Source: an uncultured Acidobacteriota bacterium (GTDB lineage: Bacteria > Acidobacteriota > UBA6911). Taken from it: a stretch of 64,000 nucleotides of DNA. Both the position numbers and the translations under genes were made by a program. Under the pieces are notes generated by a model. That model saw only the letters and a list, made by a program, of their open reading frames with translations, had not been told where the DNA came from and did no database searches. This document shows, piece after piece, positions 1-10,174 of this stretch. The number at the start of each line of letters is the position of its first letter. Positions within the stretch are counted from its first letter, which is position 1. Location: the NCBI GenBank assembly GCA_963843575.1, contig CAWJKZ010000013.1, forward strand, positions 448,001 to 512,000. Reading direction: 5' to 3'.

Positions 1-1
1 T

Positions 2-772
2 TACTGCGGGCGATGCGATTTCTGCAGGAGGGGCCTGATCAACCTGTGCGACAACCGGCGCGTCCTCGGGGTATCCTGCGGCGATTACCGGCAGAACGGC
101 GCCTTCGCGGAGTACGTCGTCGTGCCGCAGAGGATCCTCTACCGGATCCCTGCAGGCGTGTCGTTCGTCCGGGCCGCCACGATCGAAGCTATCTCGATCG
201 CGTTTCACGCGGTCGGGAGGGTGCCGGTGACGCTCAACGACACGGCGGTGGTGGTGGGAGCCGGCATGATCGGGCTTCTCATCGTGCAGTCGTTGCGGGT
301 CGCGGGCTGCGGCAGGATCGTCGCGGTCGACCTCGACTCCTCCAGGCTCGATCTCGCCCGCAAGCTCGGAGCGGACGCGGTCCTCGACCCCTCGACGTGC
401 GACGTCCGGCAGGAGGTGCGCGCCTTGACCGGGGGCAAGGGAGCCGACCTCGCGTTCGAAGCCGTCGGGCTCGGCGCGACCCTCCAGGTGGCCATCGCGT
501 CGCTCCGGAAGGGCGGGGCGCTCAGCTTGGTGGGCAACGTCGTGCCGACGGTCGAGTTCCCCCTGCAGGAGGTGGTCACCCGGCAAATCTCACTGCACGG
601 CTCCTGCGCTTCGTGCGGAGAGTACCCCGCGTGCCTGGACATGCTCGCCCGGGGTGCGCTCGACATCGACAGCCTGATCAGCGCGACGGCCCCGCTGGCC
701 GAGGGCGCGGCATGGTTCGACAGGCTGTACCGGCGCGAACCCGGCCTCATGAAAATCATCCTCGAGCCGTAG
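2..772 (+). CDS. Zn-dependent alcohol/polyol dehydrogenase (MDR family, sorbitol/galactitol-1-P dehydrogenase-like), 5'-truncated by the window
   Basis: Frame is open from position 2: YCGRCDFCRRGLINLC structural Zn motif, GAFAEY, VVGAGMIG Rossmann motif. Confidence 0.85.
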   Translation, partial: YCGRCDFCRRGLINLCDNRRVLGVSCGDYRQNGAFAEYVVVPQRILYRIPAGVSFVRAATIEAISIAFHAVGRVPVTLNDTAVVVGAGMIGLLIVQSLRVAGCGRIVAVDLDSSRLDLARKLGADAVLDPSTCDVRQEVRALTGGKGADLAFEAVGLGATLQVAIASLRKGGALSLVGNVVPTVEFPLQEVVTRQISLHGSCASCGEYPACLDMLARGALDIDSLISATAPLAEGAAWFDRLYRREPGLMKIILEP

Positions 773-779
773 CACCGTC

Positions 780-852
780 TTGGGCCGCGGCGGCCCGCCG
801 CTGCCCAGGGATTCCTCTCATCGGGGCGGGGTCGGGCCGACCCCGCCCACCA
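780..852. repeat. REP-like palindrome doublet
   Basis: GC-rich palindromes tgggccgcggcggcccg and ggcggggtcgggccgaccccgcc-CACC; the same two-part layout recurs at 59725-59825. Confidence 0.5.
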
Positions 853-869
853 TGCGGAGAGCGCGAACA

Positions 870-1658
870 ATGGGGAATGGTCTTTTCGATCTGACTGGAA
901 AAACGGCGATTGTCACGGGCACGAGCCGGGGGCTCGGCCAGTACTTCGGCCGCGCGCTCGCCAGGGCCGGCGCGGACCTGGTCATCACGGCACGCGACGC
1001 CGCGTCGCTCGAGCCGTTCCGGGCGGAGATCGAGACGCTCGGCAGGAGAGTGGTGCCGCTGGCGCTTGACGTGCGCGACTACGACAGCATCCAGCGCATG
1101 GTCGAGTCGGCCGTACGGGCGTACGGGAAGATCGACATCCTGGTCAACAACGCCGGCTGCAACGTGCGTAAGCCCGCCGTCGACATCACCTGGGACGACT
1201 GGAACCTGGTGCTGAACACGAACCTGCGCGGCACTTTTTTCGTCGCCCAGGCCGTGGCGCGGGTCATGATACCGCGCCGCTACGGGCGGATCGTCAACAT
1301 CGGTTCAGTCACGAGCGTCTTCGGCTACGCGGGGCTGGGCCCGTACACGGCGAGCCGCGGCGGCGTCAAGCAGCTGACCATGAGCCTGGCAGACGATTGG
1401 GGCGTCCACGGCATCACCGTCAACTGCCTGGCGCCCGGCTGGTTCAAGACGGCGCAGAACGCGGTGATGTACGAAAACGAGGAGTGGGTCAGCTATCTGA
1501 CCGATCGCATCCCGCTGAAGCGCCCCGGCAAGCCGAGCGACCTGGAGGGAGCCGTGGTGTTCCTGGCGTCCGACGCCAGCGAGTACATCACCGGCCAGAC
1601 GCTGCTCGTCGACGGCGGCATCACTACCGGCTCCACCCGGGCGCTGCCGAAGAAGTAA
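870..1658 (+). CDS. Short-chain dehydrogenase/reductase (gluconate 5-dehydrogenase/KduD-like)
   Basis: TGTSRGLG, NNAG, catalytic YTASR (YxxxK-like), NCLAPG and YITGQTLLVDGG; ATG at 870. Confidence 0.88.
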   Translation: MGNGLFDLTGKTAIVTGTSRGLGQYFGRALARAGADLVITARDAASLEPFRAEIETLGRRVVPLALDVRDYDSIQRMVESAVRAYGKIDILVNNAGCNVRKPAVDITWDDWNLVLNTNLRGTFFVAQAVARVMIPRRYGRIVNIGSVTSVFGYAGLGPYTASRGGVKQLTMSLADDWGVHGITVNCLAPGWFKTAQNAVMYENEEWVSYLTDRIPLKRPGKPSDLEGAVVFLASDASEYITGQTLLVDGGITTGSTRALPKK

Positions 1659-1670
1659 TCGAACCCGATA

Positions 1671-1725
1671 TGGAGTGCGGCGGCTCGACGCCGCTTTGGG
1701 AGCGGCGCCTGGGCGCCGCACTCCA
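1671..1725. repeat. REP-like inverted doublet (GGAGTGCGGCGGCTCGACGCCGCT family)
   Basis: tggagtgcggcggctcgacgccgct...agcggcgcctgggcgccgcactcca; related copies near 9987, 10071, 27426, 37638, 40098, 47369, 50606, 56139 and 59725. Confidence 0.75.
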
Positions 1726-1789
1726 CAAACACGGTGCAGGGCGCGGTCCTGAGGCGATCGACGCCGCTCCCGTCGGATCCAGGAGGGCT

Positions 1790-3472
1790 ATGAAACACTA
1801 TCTCCGGTACGCAGTCTTGGTGGCGGCCCTGCTCGGCACGGTTTCGTGCGGACGGCAGGGGCCGGTTTACGACCTGGTCATCGTCAACGGCCGCGTCGTC
1901 GACGGCTCCGGGTCGGCCGCGATCGACGCGGACGTCGCCGTGACGGGCGACACGATCGCCAGGGTCGGGCGGCTAGACCCGGCCGACCGCGACAGGGCCC
2001 GCAAGGTCATCGACGCCCAAGGGCTGACGGTGACGCCCGGGTTCATCGACATCCACACCCACTCCGACTACCCGCTCGTGGCCGACGGCACCGCCCAGAG
2101 CGCGATCCGCCAGGGAGTCACCACCGACATCCTGGGCGAATCGGATTCCGCCGGCCCCATCCAGGGGAAGGTCAGGAGGTCCGCGCCCTACGGCATCGAG
2201 GTCGACTGGCGCACGCTGGGCGAATACTTCCGGCGGCTCGAGAACCAGGGCGTGTCCGTGAACGTCGGTTCGTTCGTGGGCGCCACCCAGGTGAGGCGTT
2301 GCGTGCTGGGGGAGGAGAGCAGGGAGCCGACCCCCGCCGAAATGGCAGAGATGAAACGCCTGGTCGCGGAGGCCATGCAGGACGGGGCCCTTGGCTTGTC
2401 TTGCGCCCTGCTCGTGCCGCCGAACACCTACCACACGACACCCCAGCTGATCGAGCTGGCATCGGCCGTGAAACCGTTCGGGGGCCTGTTTCTCATCCAC
2501 ATCCGGACCGAGGGCGAAGGCATCGACACGGCCGTCAGGGAGGCGCTCGAGGTCGGCGAAAAGGCCCAGGTTCCGGTTGAGATTCTCCACCTCAAAATCG
2601 CCGACCGCCGGCTTTGGGGCAAGATGAAGGAGGTGTGCGACCTGATCGAGAACGCCCGCAGCCGCGGGATCCAGGCCTCCGCCGACCAGTACCCGTACAT
2701 CGCCGGCCAGAACAACCTGGTGGCGCTCGTGCCCCCGTGGGCAATGGAGGGGGGACGCGACCGCATGTTACGCCGGTTGAAAGACCCGGCCGACCGCCGC
2801 CGGATCGAGAAGGACCTGTACGCGGGCATCCCCGGCTGGTACAACCACTACCTCGCGATGAGCGGCTGGGAAGGGTGCCTGGTAGCCTCGGTGAAAACGG
2901 CGGCCAACAAGCCGTATGAAGGCAAGTCGGTGGCGGAAATCGCGAAGATGTCGGGTAAGAAACCGGCCGACGCCGTCTTCGACCTGCTCTTCGACGAGGG
3001 CGGTTCCGTCCCGGCCGTCTACTTCCTGATGAGCGAGGAAGACGTGCGCTACGCGATGAAGGTGCCGTGGGTCTCGGTCGGCTCCGACGGCTCGGCCGTC
3101 CGCCCCGACGGGCCGCTCGGCAGCGGCAAGCCGCACCCGCGCTGGTACGGGACTTTCCCTCGCGTGCTCGGCCGGTATGTGCGCGAGGAGCGCGTGCTGA
3201 CGCTCGAGGAGGCGGTGCGCAAAATGACCTCGCTCAACGCCGAGAAGCTCGGCATCGCGGACCGCGGCCTGCTGCGGGACGGGAAAAAGGCCGACATCGC
3301 AGTGTTCGACGCCGCCCGCGTCATCGACCGGGCGACTTTCGAGAACCCGCACCAATACCCGGCGGGCATCGAGTACGTGGTCGTCAACGGCGTCCCGGTT
3401 CTGGAGAAAGGGGAGCACTTGGGCGTCAAACCGGGGAAGATTTTGAGGAGGAAGAGGCAGTCCAGCGATTGA
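1790..3472 (+). CDS. N-acyl-D-amino-acid deacylase (D-aminoacylase) family amidohydrolase, predicted lipoprotein
   Basis: AGGAGG RBS; signal peptide ending TVSC; PGFIDIHTHSD, HIR, HLK, DQYPY, GSDG and PHPRWYGTFPRVLG motifs. Confidence 0.88.
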   Translation: MKHYLRYAVLVAALLGTVSCGRQGPVYDLVIVNGRVVDGSGSAAIDADVAVTGDTIARVGRLDPADRDRARKVIDAQGLTVTPGFIDIHTHSDYPLVADGTAQSAIRQGVTTDILGESDSAGPIQGKVRRSAPYGIEVDWRTLGEYFRRLENQGVSVNVGSFVGATQVRRCVLGEESREPTPAEMAEMKRLVAEAMQDGALGLSCALLVPPNTYHTTPQLIELASAVKPFGGLFLIHIRTEGEGIDTAVREALEVGEKAQVPVEILHLKIADRRLWGKMKEVCDLIENARSRGIQASADQYPYIAGQNNLVALVPPWAMEGGRDRMLRRLKDPADRRRIEKDLYAGIPGWYNHYLAMSGWEGCLVASVKTAANKPYEGKSVAEIAKMSGKKPADAVFDLLFDEGGSVPAVYFLMSEEDVRYAMKVPWVSVGSDGSAVRPDGPLGSGKPHPRWYGTFPRVLGRYVREERVLTLEEAVRKMTSLNAEKLGIADRGLLRDGKKADIAVFDAARVIDRATFENPHQYPAGIEYVVVNGVPVLEKGEHLGVKPGKILRRKRQSSD

Positions 3473-3565
3473 CGCTTCGGCAAGTGGGTCGCTTGAGCGG
3501 ACGCTGTGCGGCGCATCACATGCGCCGCCACCGAGCCGGGGTCAAGCGTCCGGGAAGCCCACTCG

Positions 3566-4910
3566 TCATCGCATCGATACGGCGCGGGCGTAGTGGTCGA
3601 TGACCTCCAGGACACGGTGCCGCACGAGGTCCTCGGGGTGGTTGCGCAGGGCGCCCTGGCGCACTGCCGTGTACTGCGCGGGCATGAACTGGCTCAGCAG
3701 GGTCAGCGGCGCGGGACTGTCGGCGAGGTTGCGCAGGAGCACGCCCAGCGCGCGCTGCACCTCGGGATGGGGCCAGTAGTAGCGGGACCGGTCGCTGTAG
3801 CTGTATTTCCGGGCGAAGGCGAGCTCCGCTTCCCCGCCGGCGTAGTAGCTGCGCCAGTGTGCCGGGTCCTGCACCATTACCGCCTCGAGAGTCTGCCTCA
3901 CCCCGGACAGCGGCCGCTTCCCCCGGCCCAGCCACTCCCGCTCCATTTCGGCGAGGGCGAACACCGCCTCCCGGAAGGCGAACGTAAGCCACGGTCCGAC
4001 CTTCAGGATGGCGAAGTGATCCTCGACCATCTGTTTCAGACCCTCCGGCTTCTGGTAGTCGGTCGAGTGCGCCTCGAACACCAGATGCCAGTCTTGCGCG
4101 ATGTAGTGCGAGAGCGGGCGGGCCTTCCCGCGGTCGTAGTCGAATATGGTGCTGTCGCCAAACTCGACCCCGGGTTGCACCACGACCCCGATCGTCCGCT
4201 CCCAGGCCTCGTCAAGTCCGCGGGCGCGAAAAGCGTCGTGGGCAAGCTCGAGGGTGTGGCAGACATCTTCCGCACGGGTGACCGAGGGGGGCTCCCCGGC
4301 GATCTGCTCGCCGCCGGGCTTGGGCACTTCGGTCCCGATGATGTACAGGGGCTTGGGAGAGCCCCCCGGGAGAGCCGCATGGGCGGCCTCGGCGGCGGTA
4401 CACAACTCGGCGGCCCTCGCCATCACGATCTCGTCCGGGAGTGGCGAGGCCCCGTCCCCGGGATCGTCCGCGCAGCGCATGCTGGTGTCGAGGTGGATCT
4501 TGACGTAGCCGGCGCGCACGCACGCGTCGACCAGCGCACAGGCCTTGGGCAGGGCCGACGTTCGCCGTTTCCTTCTGCCAGACGTGGGGGCCGAGATGGT
4601 CGCCCCCGAGTATCACACGCGCCGGGGGCAAACCGACCCCTTCGGCGAGTTCCCGGACGAACTGGGCGAACTGGGCCGGGGTCATCCCGATGTAGCCGCC
4701 GAACTGGTTGACCTGGTTGGAGGTCGACTCTATGCAGACGATCGTGTCGTCGGCCTTGGCCTGCTGCATGCCAGCTTCGAGCACGTGACGGTTGGCGGAG
4801 CAAAGCGAGTAGATCCCGACCGGATCGCCCGCTTTGTTCGACCTAACCGCTTCCAGGAGAAGTTCGGTGACTGTGCCGCGACGCGACGACAACCCTCGCA
4901 TACTTTTCAT
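3566..4910 (-). CDS. gatZ: GatZ/KbaZ family protein (tagatose-6-phosphate 4-epimerase-like), split by a frameshift near 4560
   Basis: N-half IESTSNQVNQFGGY and LGGDHLGP (ORF 4212..4910); C-half KIHLDTSM, GTEVPKPGG, FEAHSTDYQ, LKVGPWLTF and YSYSDRSRYYW (ORF 3566..4519). Confidence 0.88.
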
Positions 4911-4964
4911 AACGCCACGCTCCGAACGTGAGCCGTAGAACTCACCTCACCAGGCAGGCGCGCT

Positions 4965-5734
4965 TTACCGGGCGCGCTTGTCGCTGAAGACGATCTCGCC
5001 GAAGCGCTCGGGCCTGTGATAGTCCCGCCCGGTGGGGGACCAGGCCAGGCCGGCGCGCTCGGGGAGCTTCTCCACGCGGTACATGTTCATGCGCCAGCGG
5101 TCGCCGGGCTTCGGCGGGATGTTCGGGGCGGTCACGACATCTTCGAGCGGCAGCGCCATCTCGCACGTCCATTCCTTGTCGCCCGGTTTGCCGTCGACGG
5201 TCCCGTCGACCTGGATCGCCCACTGCAGCTTCTCGCTGTTCCAGCTCTCGTAGTGCAGCGGGACGCGGATGTCGAGCAGGTAGATGTCGATCATGGTGTC
5301 GAGCGGGTTGACCTCGAGCTCGATGTAGTTGCGCTTGGCCGGGTCTGCCTGGACGAAGACCTCGACGACTTCCTCCGTCCAGAGGTGCTCGTCTCTCTTC
5401 TTGAAGGTCGCCCAGATGTTGTCGTCGACGAACCTGGAGGCGAAGTAGATGAACTTGTCGTCGTAGAGGACCTTCGCTTCGGACTTGAGCGGGCTGGGCG
5501 CACCGTCGCGGTTGTTGACGAGCGGGCCGAGCAGGGGCGTCTTGGCCCATGCCGGGTCGTCGAGCTTGCCGTCGACGACGATCGGGATGTCGGTGCGCAA
5601 CACCTCGTAGACGGGGATCGGCGGCAATTCCACCGCGGGTTGGGGCTGTTGGGGTTGCTGCGGCTGCTGTGCCGCGGCCACGAGGCGACCGCGAGGGCGA
5701 TTCCCAAGAGGGACAGACGGCTACGTGCTTTCAT
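4965..5734 (-). CDS. Secreted CBM9-like (DOMON-like) carbohydrate-binding protein; frameshift near 5685 separates the signal peptide
   Basis: IVVDGKLDDPAW, LWTEEVVEVF, YIELEVNP, WTCEMALP and WRMNMYR motifs; signal MKARSRLSLLGIALAVA lies in the adjacent frame. Confidence 0.75.
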
Positions 5735-6859
5735 ATACGCTCCCGGCCGGAAGGGCGGTTTGGGGTGGACAGGACCATCCCCGTTCGTCTTAAACGGCCC
5801 GCGGTGATCGGCGGACGGCGCCGTGCCGGCGTGCCGCCCTGCTGCCGGAGGGGGGACAGGATCACCGCGGGCCGCACTGCAACCGTGCGCGGCCGGCTCA
5901 GCCGGGCCGGCGGGGCATTGCCCGCAGGCCAGTTCGCGGCGAAAAACCGGCGGCAGTACTCGCGGTCACGAAACGCCTCCGTCCCCCCGGGGCGCGTGGT
6001 GGAGAAACCGCCGGCGAGGTTGCCATAGGCCACGCAGGTTTCGAGGCTCGCGCCCCTGATGTACTGGTGGAGGAAACCGGCGTCGAAGCTGTCGCCGGCC
6101 CCGACGGGATCGATGGCGTCGACCTTGAACGGCGGGAGCGTGATCCGCTCGGCGCCGCGCCGCGCGGTCGCCCCGAGCCTCCCGAGCTTCACGGCCAGCA
6201 CCGGCACGAGCCGCGCGACTTTTTCGATCGCTTCCTCCAGGTCCTCGATCCCGGCGAACTTTTTGACCTCGCGCTCGTTCGGGAGGAGGATGTCGACGTC
6301 CCGCAGGACCTCGCCGGGGTCGATGTCCCAGCGGTCATCCGGGTCGTCGTTGGTGTCCAGCGAGGTGGTCAGGCCCGCTTCTTTCATCCGGCGGAACAGC
6401 TCCGGGATGCGGGGGCGCAGCGCGCGGTGCAGGAAATACGACGACAGGTGGAAGTGCCTAGCCGAGGCCAGATACTCCAGGTCGAGGTCCTCGAAACACA
6501 TCTCCAGCATGGTGCCGGGGTAGGTCAGGATGTTCCGGTACGCGGGCCTGGGGAAGGATGACGGTCAAGCCGGTGCTGGTCGGCCCGCTCACGCGCCGCA
6601 CCCGCGAGACATCCACTCCTCCGGCCGCGAGCCGTTCGAGCGCCCCATCGCCCAGCGCGTCGACGCCGATGCGAGAGATGAAACCCACACGGCTGCCGAT
6701 GACCGACAGGTTGTGGGCAAAGATCGCCGACGAGCTGCCCAGCGTCAGGGCGAGGCCGTCGGCCAGCAGCTCGCGCTCGGGCTCGAGCACCTCGGGCAGC
6801 CCGTAGAGGATCAGATCGAGATTCAACTCGCCGACTACGGTAAGGTCCAGGTCCGGCAT
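5731..6859 (-). CDS. PfkB family carbohydrate kinase, frameshift near 6545; C-terminal end uncertain
   Basis: VVGELNLDLI and LGSSSAIFAHNL at the N-terminus; LLPNERE and DPVGAGDSFDAGF PfkB signature. Confidence 0.88.
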
Positions 6860-6869
6860 CGGGCGCCCC

Positions 6870-7940
6870 CTACTGGTTGAGTATCACGACACGGCTGAGA
6901 TTGCGCGGGTGGTCCGGGTCGAGCCCTTTCTTCAGCCCGGTGTATTGGCCCATGAGCTGCCCCGCGAAGGCGTAGGCGGGAACGCGGGCGAATTCGGGGA
7001 TGTCCATCTTCAGCTCGTAGAGCACGTCGGCCGCCCGGCGCACCCGGTCGTCGGCCTCGTTGACCACCACGAGGGTGGTGGCGCCGAGTTCCTTCATCTC
7101 CTCGAGCACCTCGCGCTCCGCGTTGTAGCCGGTCTCGGAGATCAGGAAGGTCAGCAGCATGCCGGGGCCCACGACCGATTTCGGACCATGCCTGAATTCG
7201 AGCGCGTGGTAGGCCTGCGCCGAGGAACAAGACATCTCCTTCACCTTGAGGTGACCTTCCGAAGCGAGCCCGAAAAGCGGCCCCTGGGCGAGAAACACGT
7301 AATCGGAAAACTTGGAGGCCGCGACCAGCTGGGCGATGCCGGGATGCATCGTCTCCAGGACGCGCTGGGCGGCAAGCGGCATGCGGTCGAGCGCCTCCCG
7401 ATACGCCGTGTTGCCGGTGGCCCAGGCGCCCAGGGCCTGTATCCCCAGCAACATCGAGGTGAACGAGCGTGTCATCACCGTGCTCTTCTCGTCGGCAGGC
7501 AGCAGGAACAGCGTCGAGGTCGCCATCGCGTCCAGGGGCTGCCCCTTGGCGCAACTGACGGCCAGGGTGCGGATGCCGCGCTTCGACTCGAGATACTCCG
7601 CCGCCCGGAGGACTTCGGATGTCGATCCCGAACGGGAGATCAATACCGGCTGGCAAGGCCTCGACAGGAGGAGGTCGGGGAACAGCAGAATCTCCGACGC
7701 CGGGACGGCCCGGGCCGGCAGGCCCGTCAGGTGCGTCCAGCTGGCCGCCGCAGCCATGGCGACGTAATGGCTCGAACCGCAACCGATGAACAGCCATTCG
7801 CCGCGAGGGGGGAACTGCTCGCAGATTTTCTCGAGCGCACGCTCCGCCTGGAGGCTGGCGAGTGACTCAGCCCAACAGCGAGGCTGCGACAGTATTTCAC
7901 CCAGGGTGTCGTTCCCCGGAGCCGGTTTGGAAAAATTCAT
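6870..7940 (-). CDS. Double-SIS-domain sugar-phosphate isomerase/deaminase (AgaS/GlmS C-terminal-like)
   Basis: EILSQP, FIGCGSS, ISRSGSTSE, VMTRSFTSM, LKVKEM, EFRHGP and DPDHPRNLSRVV. Confidence 0.88.
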   Translation of the reverse strand: MNFSKPAPGNDTLGEILSQPRCWAESLASLQAERALEKICEQFPPRGEWLFIGCGSSHYVAMAAAASWTHLTGLPARAVPASEILLFPDLLLSRPCQPVLISRSGSTSEVLRAAEYLESKRGIRTLAVSCAKGQPLDAMATSTLFLLPADEKSTVMTRSFTSMLLGIQALGAWATGNTAYREALDRMPLAAQRVLETMHPGIAQLVAASKFSDYVFLAQGPLFGLASEGHLKVKEMSCSSAQAYHALEFRHGPKSVVGPGMLLTFLISETGYNAEREVLEEMKELGATTLVVVNEADDRVRRAADVLYELKMDIPEFARVPAYAFAGQLMGQYTGLKKGLDPDHPRNLSRVVILNQ

Positions 7941-8013
7941 GAGTCAGTTCCTCTCGGTGTTTTGGCCGTGCGGCAGCCCCCCCTTCGTTCCATGGGCGCC
8001 CGCCAGGCGGCGA

Positions 8014-8775
8014 TCATACCTGTGTCACCTCGATCCCCGCTTCCTTGAGGGCGCGGAGATCGGTCTTCGAGACGCGGTTGTCGGTAATCGTGTGATGCAC
8101 CGCCGACGGGGGCGCGATCTGCGAAAGGCTGCGCCGCCCGAACTTGCTGGAATCGCACACCACCACCGTCCGACGCGCGATCTCGATCATAACCCTGTTG
8201 ACCTTCGCTTCGAGCAGGTTCGGGGTCGTCAGGCCGAACCGCACGTCGAACCCGTCCACCCCGAGAAACAGAAAATCGGCGCTCAGGCGCCGCAGGGTGT
8301 CCTCCGCCAGCGGGCCTACCAGCGAAAACGACTTCTCGCGGAGGATGCCCCCCGTCAGGATCACCTCTATGGACGTCCCGGCAAGCTCCGCCGCTATGTT
8401 CACGGCGTTCGTAATCACCGTCAGGTGCCGGAACTTGCGCAGCGCCCTCGCCACCGCCGTCGCCGTCGTGCCCGAATCCAGGATCACGGACTCGCCTTCT
8501 TCCACGAACCCTGCAGCCGCCTCGGCGATGCGCTGCTTCTCCACCCGGTGCAGCTTCTCCTTCTCCCGGAGGCTCGGATCGAGCAACGCCCCAACCTGCA
8601 ACGGCAGCGCACCTCCGTGCGTGCGGTGCACCAGCCCCTGACTGTGCAGGATTTCCAGATCGCTCCGGATCGTGACGTGCGACGTGTCGAACCGCTTCGC
8701 GAGGTCCTTCACGACGACGCGGCCTTCACGGTTGATCAGCTCAAGTATGGCCCTGCGACGCTCCTCGTTCAGCAT
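8014..8775 (-). CDS. agaR: DeoR/GlpR family regulator, AgaR-like
   Basis: EERRRAILELI...TIRSDLEIL HTH, RTHGGA, ILDSGTT, DSSKFGR; heads the sugar operon. Confidence 0.85.
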   Translation of the reverse strand: MLNEERRRAILELINREGRVVVKDLAKRFDTSHVTIRSDLEILHSQGLVHRTHGGALPLQVGALLDPSLREKEKLHRVEKQRIAEAAAGFVEEGESVILDSGTTATAVARALRKFRHLTVITNAVNIAAELAGTSIEVILTGGILREKSFSLVGPLAEDTLRRLSADFLFLGVDGFDVRFGLTTPNLLEAKVNRVMIEIARRTVVVCDSSKFGRRSLSQIAPPSAVHHTITDNRVSKTDLRALKEAGIEVTQV

Positions 8776-8834
8776 GGGTTCACCGGTGGAAAGTTGTGAC
8801 GCAATCCCCTCCCCCCAGATGCTTTTTTTCTTCT

Positions 8835-8877
8835 TCTCTTTACTACCATTACTTTCGTTTGTCAAAGTACTTTTTCG
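8835..8877 (-). promoter_or_regulatory. Putative sigma70 promoter and AgaR-type operator of the agaR operon
   Basis: TTGACA on the minus strand at 8865-8860 with a weak -10 (TAAAGA) 17 nt downstream; ACTTTCGTTT and ACTTTTTCG motifs in an AT-rich patch. Confidence 0.45.
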
Positions 8878-8911
8878 AACCCGACAAGCCTCCAGGCGAG
8901 ACCGCCGGCGG

Positions 8912-9907
8912 TCACGGGGTAAAGCGCAGCACGCGCAGGCCGGATTCGCCGTCGGCCAGGAACACCAGGGTGGTGCCATCGGGTTGGTTTTCGGCGGCGA
9001 CCCCGAGGGAGGTCCCGGGGGTGGGGTGGCGCAGGACGACTTCCGGGTGGAGCGGGTCCGAGGCGTCGAGTACCGCCAGGCCGGCCTTCCAGTTGGCGAC
9101 GAAGATGTAGGGTCCTGCCCAGGCTACCCCGTGGGCCCAGCCGCCGGTTTCCGGGTGTGGCGGGTCGGCCGGGTTGAGCCCGAGGCCGTTGTGGGCGACG
9201 CGCCGCGGGCGGCCTCGCGCGTCGACGGAGATGACCGATACGCCGGCATGTCCTTCGGCGACGGCGACGAGGTTGCGGCCCTCGCCGCCAAAGGCGACCG
9301 AAATGCACGTGGCGGCGGTGGGGACGGTCCCGGCATCGACCGGTCGCGCCGGGTCGCGCACGTCGACGACGCGCAAGCCGTTGTTCCAGTCCGCCAGGTA
9401 GACGTAGTCGGCGCGCAGCTTGACGTCGTGGGCCCACCCGGGGGACGGAAGCCCGGCGAGTTCGGAGAGGCGGTCATGGCCGATCCTGGCGACGACGAGG
9501 CCGTGGAGGCCATAGGCGACAAACGCCAGGTCCCCGCGGGCGACGACGGCGTTGGCAATGTCACCGTTGGCGAGCCGCGCGCGCACCTCCCCCTGCTCGG
9601 ACACGAGGACGAGCCCCTCGAAGCGCGAGGCCAGCAGCGGCTGGTTTCCGTGGGGCGCCAGCGATATCACATCCGTGACCGGTGCGTGCACCACGGGGGA
9701 CGTCCAGCCCCGGCGGCGGTCGAAAACGGCGTAGCCCCCCTGCCGGTCTGCGACAAAAACCCGTTCGCGCTCGACCAGCACGTCGTGCGCCCACCCCCGG
9801 GTGTCGCAGACGGCCAGCTCCCTGAGCGAGGGGGCGGACGGGCGGGAGCAACCGGACGGGAGGGCGACGGCGCAGAGGATCAGAATCAGTAAGACGGGAG
9901 GCTTCAT
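8912..9907 (-). CDS. LVIVD-repeat beta-propeller lipoprotein
   Basis: Lipobox LPSGC; repeated blades [38 protein letters not shown] and [13 protein letters not shown]. Confidence 0.8.
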   Translation of the reverse strand: MKPPVLLILILCAVALPSGCSRPSAPSLRELAVCDTRGWAHDVLVERERVFVADRQGGYAVFDRRRGWTSPVVHAPVTDVISLAPHGNQPLLASRFEGLVLVSEQGEVRARLANGDIANAVVARGDLAFVAYGLHGLVVARIGHDRLSELAGLPSPGWAHDVKLRADYVYLADWNNGLRVVDVRDPARPVDAGTVPTAATCISVAFGGEGRNLVAVAEGHAGVSVISVDARGRPRRVAHNGLGLNPADPPHPETGGWAHGVAWAGPYIFVANWKAGLAVLDASDPLHPEVVLRHPTPGTSLGVAAENQPDGTTLVFLADGESGLRVLRFTP

Positions 9908-9963
9908 CGCACAGACTCTACACTCGTCGCACACTTTCCGCACCTGCGCGGATTTGGCCACCA

Positions 9964-10090
9964 TGGCCAACGGCTGATTTCAACTCGGAGCGGGCCGAGG
10001 CGCCGCACTTCATATTCTCCCTTCGGGCCATGCCGATTCACTCTCCGTGGCCAACGGCTGATTTCGACCCGGAGCGGCGCCGAGGCGCCG
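9964..10090. repeat. Two ~42-bp direct repeats containing the REP half-site
   Basis: tggccaacggctgatttcaactcggagcgg-gccgaggcgccg (9964-10005) versus tggccaacggctgatttcgacccggagcggcgccgaggcgccg (10048-10090). Confidence 0.75.
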
Positions 10091-10174
10091 AGGATTTCGG
10101 GCCGGGGACGTAAGTCAAGCGCCGCACTCCACAGGTTGTCCGGGGCATGTTGCATCTGCTATTCTCCACGGGCC

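Noticed and set aside
5731-5900. ~60-aa low-complexity C-terminal extension of PfkB
   Set aside because: Arg/Pro-rich and running through GC palindromes; may be read-through from another indel, so it cannot be supported as a domain
9964-10090. Two ~42-bp repeats with a 42-bp spacer resembling a mini CRISPR array
   Set aside because: Only two imperfect units, the repeat contains the dispersed REP motif, and there are no cas genes or leader
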